Position numbers and translations under genes: made by a program. Source: Chiloscyllium plagiosum (lineage: Eukaryota). From it: 64,000 nucleotides of DNA. This document shows, piece by piece, positions 13,336 through 25,280 of this stretch. The stretch is from positions 28,355,637 to 28,419,636 of the forward strand of contig NC_057733.1 of NCBI RefSeq assembly GCF_004010195.1, given 5' to 3'. Below the pieces are notes generated by a model that saw only the letters and a program-made list of their open reading frames with translations, made no database searches and was not told the DNA's origin. Every line of letters begins with the position of its first letter. Position 1 is the first letter of the stretch.

Positions 13336-13554
13336 GTCAGTTCTCGTAGGGCGGTTGCCAACAACCCACGCTCGGCGGTTAAACGTAACCCGGAGCAGAC
13401 TCTACCGAACTGGGGACTTTCCCAGCTTATATACTCTTTCGAGATCTAAACATTCATGCGAACAACAGGGCAAGACTAAGCAACACCTTCCATTCCGGTA
13501 ACATATTCATAATAAGATTCACACATGTATTGGGACATAATTTTAACCCTTTCA
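13336..13554 (-). mobile_element. Possible retroviral/LTR-retrotransposon LTR fragment (U3-R)
   Basis: Minus strand begins TGAAAG at 13554 next to a CR1 fragment; TATATAA at 13433-13427; CpG retained; the other end is lost in the gap. Confidence 0.45.
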
Positions 13555-14440
13555 CCACAGAGCCCAGTTACCAGTGGATACTGCAAGGATCATTTTTTGG
13601 GCCACTGCTGTTTGTCACTTGTATAAATGACCTGGATGTGAGCATAGAAGGAGGGATTAGTAAATTTGTGGATGACAGAAGGTAGGCAGAGTTGTGGATA
13701 GTGCCAAAGGATGGTGTGGGTTAGAGGGATGTAGATAAGATGCAGAGCTGGGCTTAGAACTGGCAAATGGAGTTTGCTGGGGACAAGGTGTGAGGTAGTT
13801 CACTTTGGAAGAAGTAACAGGAAAGCAGAGTATGGGGCTAATGGTAAAATTCTTGCAGGTACAGGTGAAGAGAGATCTGTGTCCAAGTGCACAGGGTTGT
13901 TGGAAGGCATAGTGTTTTGGTGTTTATGGGTAGGTGGATTGAGTTTCAGAGCCACAAGGTTATGCCTCCGTTGCACAAAACACTGGGAAAGCCACACCGG
14001 GAGTATTTTGTACAATTCTGGTCACCATATTATATGAAGGATGTGGAAGCTTTGCAAAGGGGGTTGCTGGTATGGAGGGTTTTGTGAGGGAAGGCTGAGG
14101 GAACCGAGGCTGTTTTTGTTTGAGGGGCAACTTAATTGAGACATAAAAGATAATCAGGATGGACAGTGAGAGCCTTTTTCCTCATGGTGAAGGCCAACAT
14201 GACAGGACATAACTTTAAATTGAGGGATGATAGATTTAGGACGGCTGGGGTAGTTTCTTTACTACTGTTGGAGGCAGGCCATTCCATGCCCCTACAACTA
14301 AGTAGACTCGCTGATGTTAAGGGCATTGGACATATGTAGGGATAATGAAACTGCAGGTTAGATGGGTATCAGATTAATTTCACAGGTCAGTGTAATGGAG
14401 GACTGAAGGCCCTGCACTGTGCTGTAACATTCTATGTTTT
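13555..14440 (+). mobile_element. CR1 LINE 3' portion (RT C-terminus and 3' UTR)
   Basis: INDLD...SKFVDD, CEVVHFGRSN and EYFVQFWSPYY motifs, decayed. Confidence 0.85.
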
Positions 14441-14717
14441 AAGCCAAACATAGTGAAATAACTTACCTAATATGTTACAGCACTAGCAACAGTTGTTTGG
14501 CATGCAAGGTCTGCAGCAATCTTATGAAGGGTTACTGATCTGTTAACTCATGATTTTTTTTGTCATTACGAATTTAGAGCATGGAGTAACTGGATTTCAA
14601 TGCAGCAGGAATTACTCTGGAAAGGAACAAGTGATGAGAGTGTTGACAAACTACAACTATGCTGAAATAAACAACCATCGTCCAGTTTTAACACTTGAAG
14701 CACATTAGAAATGCCCA

Positions 14718-14723
14718 TTTATT
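14718..14723 (-). terminator. Candidate METTL23 polyadenylation signal (AATAAA on - strand)
   Basis: TTTATT on + strand about 510 nt beyond the METTL23 stop. Confidence 0.4.
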
Positions 14724-15234
14724 TCTGATATATGGGGAAACACTATAGTTACATTTGTAAATGTTTAACAGTGAGAATGGATGGGAAAGGGTCTTGTTAC
14801 TTCAAGACAAAATTATGCAAGTTAAAAAACATTTGTTCTACCCTGGTACAATCAGCAATCACTTTACAAAGGAAATTTGTTTTTAAAAAAAAAGTCCGGC
14901 AGGGAAAACAAATCACTATTATATACTTGCTAGTAAAGGCATGTTTGAAGACCCTAAACAAAAGATTAGTTCCCTGCACTGGTTTCAGACAATAACTGAG
15001 ATACTTCAAACTTTGAAGTGTGAGTTAATATTGTTATTAAAAAGGTTTAGTGTCACTCTTGTTCCTTCCATGCTAGACCAATCCTTTCAACAGCAAAAGT
15101 GCTTCAGTGAAATAGTTTATCATAAATATAATTTTTGACATGGTAATATTTTCTTTACATCCACAATCCATTTACAGATCATTCTAAAGAGCAATTGCAG
15201 TATTTCTAAAACAATCTTTTGCAGGAGATTAGCT

Positions 15235-15409
15235 TCAGGTTACTGAAAGAATACTAGTTTCTAAAGTGATAATCATCATGTGAACAGAGTGACTTCCTGG
15301 CAGGTTCGATCCAGCGAGGAATTCTTCATCTGCTTTGAATGTTTCTAGAGGAATGTGAACACACTTCAAATTCCATTTATACAATAATGATTCAATTGAC
15401 CAATCAGCA
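15235..15409 (-). CDS. METTL23: METTL23 coding exon 5 (last), (C)ADWSIESLLYKWNLKCVHIPLETF...TSILSVT*
   Basis: ttccag acceptor, phase 2, TGA at 15237-15235; matches human ADWSLEALLYKWDMKCVHIPLESF. Confidence 0.95.
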
Positions 15410-16298
15410 CTGGAAGAAAGACAAAACAGAAATTACAGCAAAGGGACACTCCTAAAACTGAAATTTTCTCATTTGCAGTAAGGTTAATGTTGTGTAGTAT
15501 GTTGAAGAGACTAGAATAACAAAGATCAGGAATAATATCCAATTGGATTGTGGTATCCCAGGAATAGTAGAGGTAGACTTAAGTTTGTAGACAATAAAGA
15601 AAGTGTAAACTATACTGTTAAGGAAAGTGGGAAACCAAGTAACTATGCCCACAAAATCAGGACTTGTAATTGAAAACTACAGTTTCTGCTTGTGTTATAG
15701 GGTCAATGTGTGCACATAAATGGAAGAGCGTAGGTTAAACTACACGGTTGTGCTAGTATATTTGTAGAATAGAATAAATAGTGTAATGGACTAGAATTTT
15801 TAGATTTTGATGCAGTTCTGCTAATAAAACTGCTTCAAAAATTTTAGTACGTCCAATGTTTCACCTTTGACTATAAGTTAATTTGTGCATGCTAGTCAGT
15901 TTCTAAACATGATCCTAGTTATTAAAAAAAATGTTCTGACTAAGTAGTAAGGGATTCACTTTAATTTCCCCAACCTAATACCTCAGCTGAAAACAGTAAT
16001 GTCATGAAAGAGTGTATACGAGTAGTCCTGTTAAAATATAAATGCAGTCAAACTGGTGAACTTGGTAGCCAGTTCACTGAAGCTTGTTTTGTTGTCACCA
16101 GATAGAATGCCAGTATCTCCCCCTTTTTTGGCCAGCAGATAATCTAACAATTAGCAATAGAAATATTAGACTAGGGGAAGAATGCCACAATTCCCAAAGC
16201 CTGAAGTTGATTAATCAACTGGAAATAGTGCTTTGATCAAAAATACAAACAAAAAGGTATTAAAATGCTCAGGCACAAGCAGTAATTTACAAACTTAC

Positions 16299-16383
16299 CA
16301 GCGTTCCTGATAGGTGGTCCAGAAAAGAGCATGTGGATTTTTTCGGATGAGGTAAAAAACAGTTGTCAATATATTCTCGAAGT
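16299..16383 (-). CDS. METTL23: METTL23 coding exon 4, DFENILTTVFYLIRKNPHALFWTTYQER
   Basis: tag acceptor, gtaagt donor, 85 nt, phases fit neighbours; matches human DFEDILATIYFLMHKNPKVQLWSTYQVR. Confidence 0.95.
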
Positions 16384-16410
16384 CTATTTTAAAATGAAAA
16401 AGATATTTTG

Positions 16411-16750
16411 GCGAGTGGAGAGAAGATTTGTAGCTTAGGTTGAGGTTCTGTATGTAGGTTTGCTCACTGAGCTGGAAGGTTAATTTCCAGACGTATCGTC
16501 ACCCTACGAGGTAACATCTTCAGTGGCCCTCAGGCGAAGCACTGCTGATAAGTCCTGCTTTCTATGTGTATGTTTGGGTTTCTACCACTCCTGAGAAAGA
16601 ACAGGAAGTGACATCATCAACCCAAACATATAAATAGAAAGCAGAACTTATCAGCAGTGCTTCGCCTGAGGCCCACAGAAGATGTTACCAAGTAGGGTGA
16701 CGAAACATCTGGAAATTAACCTTCCAGCTTAGCAAGCAAACCTACATCCA
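16411..16750. mobile_element. Fold-back PLE-derived element (family A), hammerhead-like motif in each arm, 14-bp TSD
   Basis: Inverted arms; TSD aaaaagatattttg at 16397-16410 and 16751-16764; similar to the termini of the 44298-45525 element. Confidence 0.85.
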
Positions 16751-17944
16751 AAAAAGATATTTTGTTTTCACATTCAGCAATAAACACCTGAAAGTTAGTT
16801 TAACATTTCCAGGAGTCATAATTACATGCAACCAATGGCAGTCATGGTAAATTTAAGATGCACATTTCAAATAAAAGACAAAGCAATAATAATGCAAGTA
16901 TTCAAGTACTAAATATTTGAAATGGCAGGGAGGAAGAGAAACTTCCAGGTTGCTGACTTTTCAACTGATGTCCACAGTGCTAGACCTATTAAATGTTTCA
17001 GAATGTGTTTTGTATCAGATTTCAAGTAAAAAAAATGAATAGTTGTGTGTTCCAGTTACTCAGCTTGTTGGTAGGAGTAGCCATGCCCTGGATGCCATGT
17101 TTAAGTGAACCAATTCCAATTTTCATATTCTCGGTATAAGAATTAATATCATACTTGAGTAATATGTTGAATCATTTGAGATCTTAATATGAGCAGCAGC
17201 ATTAGAGGCCATGTGTAAAACACTGTGGAAGTAAAAATATGCCTTGCTGCAAGTTGTGATGGACAACTACACTCCACTGAAGAATAGTGCCCATTTATAA
17301 CCAGATATCCATAGATTCACCCATCATGTTACAGTGAAGACTTTCTCCTAGAGCAATGCAGAAGAGGGAAAACTGTTCCATATTATCATTGCTCTCCAGA
17401 AATGGGAGAGACCAAAGAGATGAGACTGATTATAAAAACTCCTTTACAATTTTCGTTTCAATTTAGGCGTATTTCCATAGTGTCTTTTCCTACAAAAATG
17501 GCAAATTAACAAGCTTCAGTTAACTCTCCAAGAACAAAAATTAGCAACTTTCGTTCTATTCCCTTAAAACATTTGGGAATGTTTTAACTAGTTAAAATCA
17601 ACACAGTTAATTGACAAAAAAGCTTGCTATTGAAATGCTCGATCAAGTTCCTGAACACCAAAATAAAATTTTAAAACTGTGGATGATGGAAACCAAAAAA
17701 AATCAAAATTACTGACAAAACTCTACATCTGGCAGCATCTGTGGGAAGAAAGCAGAGTTAACATTTTGAATATGATGTTTGATTCTGATTAAATCAAAGG
17801 TTTAGCCTGAGAAAGTGTGTATTTTTCCTCGAGAACAAATAGCAGTAACTAACATTATTCAGTCAATCCAAAATACATAAAAGAGACAATATTCCTTTCT
17901 ATCATAATGTAGAAATATAGGCTTTGCAAATATTAAACTTTTAC

Positions 17945-18182
17945 CTTCAGTGTCATAAAACACATCAGAACCCAGAATTATATCTATCTGAGGTAGCAGC
18001 ACAAGATCAGGTGATATTTGCCCCCAGGTTAAACCGATGACCGGCACATCTTCAAGGTTATTAATCTGGCAACTGAGGCGGCAGTTATCCAAGCAATTCG
18101 GAATCTCTGCACTGTCGGATAAAATCACATTGGCACCACATTTTGCTGCCACTATGCCAGGTAAGCCCGCACCAGCCCCAAT
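17945..18182 (-). CDS. METTL23: METTL23 coding exon 3 (SAM-binding motif I IGAGAGLPG; DIILGSDVFY)
   Basis: ttttcag acceptor, gtaa donor, 238 nt; seven-beta-strand methyltransferase motifs. Confidence 0.97.
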
Positions 18183-19158
18183 CTGAAAACAAAATTAATT
18201 CCCACATCATTGCAAATTGAAAATATTGTACTTGGAATATAATTTTAAACTATTTTGTGGTTTGCGAATGTGTATTTGCAAATTGAATCACTGTTTTTGG
18301 ATACTTCAATTAAACTAACAAGATGTGTAAATGATGACAACACATACAAGAGCAGTGATGTTTTTGCAACAAAGTACATGAAGGACTAATCTTTATGGAA
18401 TATCAATAAGTTTAAAAACTAAACATGCTTTCCAGTTTAAGAATTTGAATGTAATTCTGTATAAGCATTGGTAATGTTTTAAAGAATATTTCTATACAGT
18501 ATTTGTCAGGTTTGCTACTTTTTGGTGAAAAATTTTCCTTAAGACTTCGTCTTGAGTAGCAAGGGTCACTTTCTTTCAAATTCAATCCTCTTATGGAGCA
18601 AAGATGACATAGAATTGTTTTTTTTTTCCGTTCTTACCCAGAAGGTTTATCTCACAATTAAGCAATCTTCTCATTGAAATTACCTGTTTTTTTTTGTTTT
18701 CAACCTACTGTCCATCATCAGTAAAACATGTGTACAGCCAAATGAAGATTTACAAGTCAAGCCCATTCGGGGCAATACAAACCATAAAACTGTGTGGGGG
18801 GAGGTTAACTCAAAGCAGAGGGAAAATAAAGCACCGTATCCCACAAAGTGTCCACCTCTTTCGAAATGTAGAGGGAACTGATGGACACCACGTCTAAGGC
18901 TCCATCCTCCACCAAATACTCAAAACCAGTGATGGTGGAACTACAGATTCTGGAGCAGTGGCTCTCTGGCCACAGCCACAATTCCAGAAGGCAGGAAGAC
19001 CCAGCTTGAGTTGACCCTGTTCCAAACATTTATCAGGCTCTGGTAAGAGACAGGCAGTGAACTGAAGCAGATTACATGGAATGATCTAATATGCATTCGA
19101 ATTTATCACCTATTTTCTACCTGTGTCATAATTCAAAATCAAGTTAAGTTTAGTTTAC

Positions 19159-19263
19159 CTCTAAAATGGTCTTCCCTCTTAATGTATTTCTAGAAAACCA
19201 CACATATTGTGCCAATACCACAGCGCATGGCCATACGTACATACCATATTGGGGGTCCGGTAC
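19159..19263 (-). CDS. METTL23: METTL23 coding exon 2, VPDPQYGMYVWPCAVVLAQYVWFSRNTLRGKTILE
   Basis: cttcag acceptor, gtaaac donor, 105 nt; MYVWPCAVVLAQY identical to human. Confidence 0.97.
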
Positions 19264-19642
19264 CTGAAGCAAAAAAAGCAATAACTTACATTTAAATTGC
19301 ACCTTAAACATGGTAAAATATCCCAAGACATTTCACAGGAACCTAACCGAGCAGAAAACGGTAAGCTACAGAGGAAAACATTCTGCTGAAAGGCTATTAA
19401 CTTGAAATACTTTCTCTTGACAGATGTTGCCTGATTGACTATGTGCATCATTTTCATTTTTGGGAAAACATTTATCTTTGTAATCAAGCAGTTGATGATA
19501 GGTGATCTTTAAGCAGCATCTTGGAAAAGTGAAGACATGTTGCTTGTGGAGGGAATTCCAGAGTTTAGAGACTAGGCAGCTGAAAGAACAGCTGTCAGTA
19601 GGAGACAGATGAAGTAGGGATGCAAAAAAGGACAGATTTTGA

Positions 19643-19855
19643 CCCTATCCCCATTCACCTATTGTACTCTTTGCTACCTTCTCCCCAGCATCCCCACCCC
19701 ACCAATTTATCTCTCCAACCTGCCTCCTTTCCTGATAAGGGCTTTTGTCCGAAACATCGATTTTCCTGCTCCTCGGATGCTGTCTGACCTGCACTTTTCC
19801 AGCACAACTCTAATCTAGACTCTGGTTTCCAGCGTCCGCAGTCCTCACGTTTGCC
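19643..19855 (+). mobile_element. PLE-type short insert, family B, decayed hammerhead, 10-bp TSD
   Basis: TSD cagattttga at 19633-19642 and 19856-19865; ctgataagggcttttgtccgaaacatc core. Confidence 0.75.
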
Positions 19856-22800
19856 CAGATTTTGAGAAATGCAGAGCATTGTTTGGACACAGTGACCTCC
19901 AAAGGTAATTTTTTAGGGACAAGAAATAAATCTGTTGCCACCAGCCAGGTCCAGACGCAAACCCACAAAAGTCCTCATATCTGCCCACACCCGTATGCAC
20001 CAGATGAGATCTGGCTCTAACTGAATAAGTAAAATAGAACCAGGTGATTAGAATATCACTTTCCTGCCCAATTCTGGAGAGAAATTCAAAGAAATGGTGC
20101 AGTAAATTGTGTCAAAGGCTGCAGATAAGTCAAGGGGAATTGTGCATCAGTCACTAATTAGAGCCATTTCAGTGCTGGAAAAAGATCAAGAACTAGAGAT
20201 AACACACAGGATCATGTATTTCAAATGTTGTTTATGGAATCTATTGTGAAAATTGTGCTAACTTAAGAAAGATACTTACTCTTCAAAACAAATGAACTCA
20301 CTTTGTCAACCATGGTTCATTGACTTCCAGAGATGGGAGTATTGACAAAGCCATTCGATTCAAGCTGACTCTAGAAACCAGTGACAACTTGGTACTGATA
20401 GTACAAAGGAGGTGGTGCAATGTCACAGATGCAATATGTCACACAATGATAAAACAAATTCCATCTATTCTGAGGATACAAAACACATTGCTTTGCAAAT
20501 TCACATTATTGAATCCTTCATTGTTTTACTTCATCGAGCCATCTTTCACAAGTAATTTTTACAGTACCTCCATAATAGCAGGATTAATAATTCCAGGATT
20601 CAACAATAGCGTTCAAACTGAAGTGGGTAAAAATCCTGAAAAAAAATTGTGGAAAAGAGCAGAGGAGCGAGACTAAATTCTCACAATGGTTTGTCCAGAT
20701 CCAGTGGGTCAAATCCCTTCTTCTGTGTGGTGTTTAGTGATTTACTCCCTAATTCCAGTTTATTCTATATCTTGTATAATTATATTTTTAAAACATAACA
20801 GCTGTAAAATTAAAATCAGATAAATAAAATGTTGATATTTGATTGGTATCGTATAACCTTTTGGTTTTATGCAACCTCCTAAATTAACAAAATATATTTT
20901 AATAATGAAGAGAATGCTGAATCATATTTAGTAACAGAGTTAAATTTTATTGCAAGGCTGACTGGAACTGAAGGAAATAAAAATGGGATAATACTACCAG
21001 GCATTTGGTTTCCTTGACCCGTTTTGCTGATAGGAAATGTGGGAATTACCTTATGAATTGATCTGTTGAGGAAACATTTTGTTCAGTAATGTAGATAGTA
21101 ATTTCCTGAAATAAGCAGTTAACACAGGATTTATCCTACTTGCCAAAAATTCTCAGTTGCCAGTTTGATGTTACACTTCAAACAAATCAAAAACAGAATA
21201 AACACACTCTGGAATAACATGCTGTACAATTATTTGAAAATGGAAAAGGCTCCTTCAATCATTGGCATACAATTACATGCGAAATCAGCAAACAAAAAAA
21301 CCCCACAAAAATAAGACTTGGTTCCTCCCGTTGTGCCACGGATGCACTGCAGTATGTTACTCAAACCTAAGTGAAGGTCATTTTCAGATCTACTTTATCA
21401 GGTCTTTCTTTACCAATCTCATCTTTTCCAATTCGAGTGACCATTGCACTTCGACTGTGGCAGCGAATATACCCAAGAGGCAAAATACCTGCTCTCCCAC
21501 TCTGAGTCATCTCTGCATCACAGTATCTAGCAGATGTCTTTGACCAGAACTCTAGTGCGCTTAGTTGTTGCTGATGCTGTTTCACTCTTTGATACCCAGG
21601 ATCTCATGCAAACAATACTGGTGAAAGATAGCCAACCAACATGGGCATCTTTGCTGTTCTCTTCCATTTCCTGCTAACATTAATGTAGAATCACAACTTT
21701 AAGGGCATGTAGATGGTGTTGGCTTCCCAGACCACATGAAGCTGCTGGAGATTGGCATTGATGCAAGAATTGGCAATTCAGCAATCTTGACACCATCACT
21801 CCCCATTAGGGCTAAAAACGTCAACTCTCCTGCTCGACTTGCTTCGCTTTTTCCAGCTGCACATTTTATCGACTATGCCATCATCCACCCCCACCTTACG
21901 AGCTCAGGAAACTTATGCAGCCACTCATCCCAATTTCCCCACATTATGTAGTCAATGCTGATATAGGAATCTGGTGCACAACTATTAGGACTAAATCCCA
22001 CTTTCAGCATAGTTGGAGCAACAGCTGTCTTATTGAGATACAATAGAACACTTACATCAAAGTCCCACAACTTGTTGGTTTGAACACTGAATCTGTCTCT
22101 TTCATCACCAAGTCAAAGCCCTGAAGCTTCCCATTTAATGATATTAGTGAGGCAATAAGATATAGAGCAGAAGTAAGCCATTCAGCCTGAGTCAGCTCCG
22201 CCATTCCATCATAGCTGAATGTTTTGCAACCCCATTCTCCTGCCTTCTCCCCATAACCCTGATCCCCTTACTAATCAAGAACCCCTCTCTCTCTGTCGTA
22301 GATACAATGAAAACACTTCCACCACATTACTTAACAAGTTGCTCCCCATCCTTCAAAGAACGCAAGAATTATTAAGGAAGCGATGCAAGTCAGAAACGGG
22401 AAATGTGGATAAGCTGAGAAGCAAAGTCAGACAGTTCTCGCAGATTCTTCAATAACTATTGCAATTTAACAGTAGTCCTGCACATCGGCCATAAAAATCA
22501 ATGTTAAAATAGTTTGAAAGCTCAAATTTAAGAAGAAACAGCAGGCATTTTTATATACTTTTCACATATTCAAGATGTTCCAAAACAGTTCACAGATCTA
22601 TTCAGTGTAATGGCTGTTTTCAAGAGGGTAACATGGTAGCTGCGTTCAAGTATCAAGGTTCCAAGGTGTATATAAAAAAAAACACACGACAACGCAACTT
22701 TCCATCAATTATAAAAAGCAGCCTAGAAGTGTGTGCTATTATAGAACAGGGCTTGAAATTAGACCTGATTTATAGCTAAGTGTAATAACCCAATGCCAAA

Positions 22801-23319
22801 CTAATATATTGTCATATTTAACATTATTAGTACAATTCATGGTCTGGCCTACATGTACCTCCGGATCCACAGCAATTTGCTTGCCTTTTAACAGTTCTCT
22901 GAAATAGTCCCAGGAAAGCAGGTAAATCAAGCTGCAACTTGGGATGGGTAATTAATGCTGAGAAAGCCAGGAAAAACAGCACAATACTGAGAAAATGTTT
23001 TCATTGACACAGTACAACCCCAAAGGGCCAGTCTTATGCAGAAAAGATTCATCCCATCTCTCAGGACTGGTTCTATACCCACTACATCCCCACCTCTTGC
23101 TCAGACAGAAATACTTCTCAGCTTTCAAAAGTCAGTGAGGGCGGGAAAATCAATAGCTTGTGTGAGGCATACGCAGAAAGGCGGCTGGAAAAAGGCATCA
23201 CAATATTATCACCTTCTATTGATTTAATTTCCCAAATTGGAGGGGGACAAAGGAGAAGATGGTGGAATTAACCAAGACAACCACATCCTGAATTTATTTC
23301 TTGAAAAATGAACAAAGAA

Positions 23320-24390
23320 AGTCAAATGCTGGAAATCTGAAACAAAAACAGAAAGTTGCTGAAGAAACTCAGCAGACCTGGCAGCATCTACAGAGAGAGA
23401 AAACAACTGTACAATAGAAAAATGGGTCCTTCTGCCCACAATGTTGTGCAGAACATGGCACAAAGTCAGACTAATGCCTGCCATTGGTCCACATCTCATT
23501 CCTGATGAAGGGCTTTTGCCTGAAATGTCAATTTCCATGCTCCTCAGATAACACCTGATCTGCTGTGCTTTTCCAGCACCACTCTAATCTTGGTCCATAT
23601 CCCTCCATAACAAGAGACCAATGTTCCTCCTCTGGTATGACTTCTTCAGAATTCAAGTTCTGTACCCCAAACATCTCCATATCCCTTGTTTAACTCTGCT
23701 TTCTCTCTCTCCAGACACTGCCAGACCAACTGAGCTTAGTCAGAGATAAACAGCAGAGAAACAGACCATTCGGTCCAACTCATCTATGCCAACCAGATAT
23801 TCTAACCTAATTTAGTCCCATTTGCCAGCACTTCGCCCACACCCCTCCAAACCCTTCCTATTCATACACTATTCTAGATGCCTTTTAAATGGTGTAACTG
23901 TATGAGTCTCCATTACTTCCCCTGGCAGTTAATTCCATACACACACCATCCTCTGCGTGAAAAAGTACCCCCTTATGTCCCTTTTAATTTTTATCCCCTC
24001 ACCCTAAACCTATGCCTTCTAGTTCCAGACTCACCTACCCAAGGAAAGGACCTTGTTTATTTATCCTATCCATACACTTCCTGACATTATAAACCTCTAT
24101 AAGGTCACCCCTCAGCTTCAGATGCTCCAGGGAAAACAGCCCGTCTATTCAGCCTCTCCCTATAGCTCAAATCCTCCAACCCTGGCAACGTTAAAAATCA
24201 CAACACCAGGTTTCAAAGCGCTGCACCCTCCAAAAGCTAGCGCTTCCAATTAAACCTGTTGGACTATAACCTGGCGTTGTGTGATTTTTAACTTTGCACG
24301 TCCCAGTCGAACACAGGCGTCCCCGACAACATCCTTGTAAATCTTTCCTGAATCCTATCAAGTTTCTCCGGCAACTTTCTGTTTTAGCTT
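23320..24390. mobile_element. Nested repeat stack: family C palindrome interrupted by CR1 pieces that carry family B and D inserts
   Basis: Family C arms at ~23320-23408 and ~23688-23735/24361-24387; family B 23496-23589; CR1 3' end 23738-24362 (-); family D 24190-24325. Confidence 0.7.
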
Positions 24391-24473
24391 GACCTCTTCC
24401 CTAATCGCACAGCGCCCTAGTCTCCCTCCTCTCCTCCTTCCCCAGCAACAAGATGAGGAAGAACATCGGCCAC

Positions 24474-24575
24474 CTCAGGCACAGCAACTTCGAGCCACTC
24501 AACAGGGCCAACCCTGGAAGGCCCTTCTTCAGCGAAAACGAACCGCTTCTCCCCTGGAAGTCTCGCCCCACTCAT
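24474..24575 (-). CDS. METTL23: METTL23 coding exon 1, MSGARLPGEKRFVFAEEGPSRVGPVEWLEVAVPE
   Basis: GCCATGA start, GAG|GTGGCC donor, phase 0 in frame with exon 2; total CDS 705 nt (234 aa). Confidence 0.8.
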
Positions 24576-24864
24576 GGCATCACATCGGCTGGGCCTCACC
24601 GCCTGAGAGAGGGCGTCTCCGCATGACGTCACGAAAGTGGCAGTCGCCTGGACCAATCGGGTGTCCACCACCCCTCAAGGGGCGGGGTTGAAAGGGACCA
24701 GTCATCCGTCGTGGGCGGGACTTCCTCCCCACGGTTTGATTGACAGGCCCGGTGCGGGGGGACGTGGGTGAAGATTCTGGAAGGGTTTCCCTTCCTTCCT
24801 TCCAGCCGGCCGTGACAGTACTGGGGAAGGTTGGCGAAAGCGTGGCGTCGCTCGTTTTTAAGAA
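24576..24864. promoter_or_regulatory. Bidirectional CpG-island promoter of METTL23 and JMJD6
   Basis: 289 bp between divergent ATGs; CRE TGACGTCA 24624-24631, CCAAT 24653-24657, GC boxes 24679-24688 and 24711-24720, TGATTGACAG 24737-24746; CpG-rich ~24400-25460. Confidence 0.85.
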
Positions 24865-24993
24865 ATGAATCACAAAGCGAAGAAGAGGATAAAAGAAGCT
24901 AAGCGCAGTGCTCGCCCGGAGCTGAGGGATTCCTACGACTGGACTAAGCACAACTACTACGAAACTTTCTCTTTATCATTGGACACTGTCAAG
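24865..24993 (+). CDS. JMJD6: JMJD6 coding exon 1, [20 protein letters not shown]...LDTVK
   Basis: N-terminus nearly identical to human JMJD6; AAG|GTAAGG donor; 129 nt. Confidence 0.98.
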
Positions 24994-25260
24994 GTAAGGA
25001 AGCCCCCCCCGCCACCACCACCTCACAGCCACCCCTACCGCCACTTTCCAGGGGAGGCCGGCCACTGTTACTCGCCCGCAATACCCGAGGGCTGCACGTC
25101 CCGCACGTACACGCTCAGGGCACGACGCCATTGAGTTACCGCTCAGGCCTCCCTCCGTTCCCGGAGGTGGAGAGCGGGGCAGGCTGCTCCATGAGGATGC
25201 AGCTAACGTGGATAGGGCTGGCCTGGCCCGGCCCGCCGCCCTCACCTCTGCTCCCTTTCT

Positions 25261-25280
25261 CCCCCCCCCCCCCCCCCCCC
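25261..25280. repeat. C20 homopolymer in JMJD6 intron 1
   Basis: 20 consecutive C. Confidence 0.9.

Noticed and set aside
8785-13501. Long ORFs of 209-328 aa in the ORF track
   Set aside because: They run through N gaps and are artefacts
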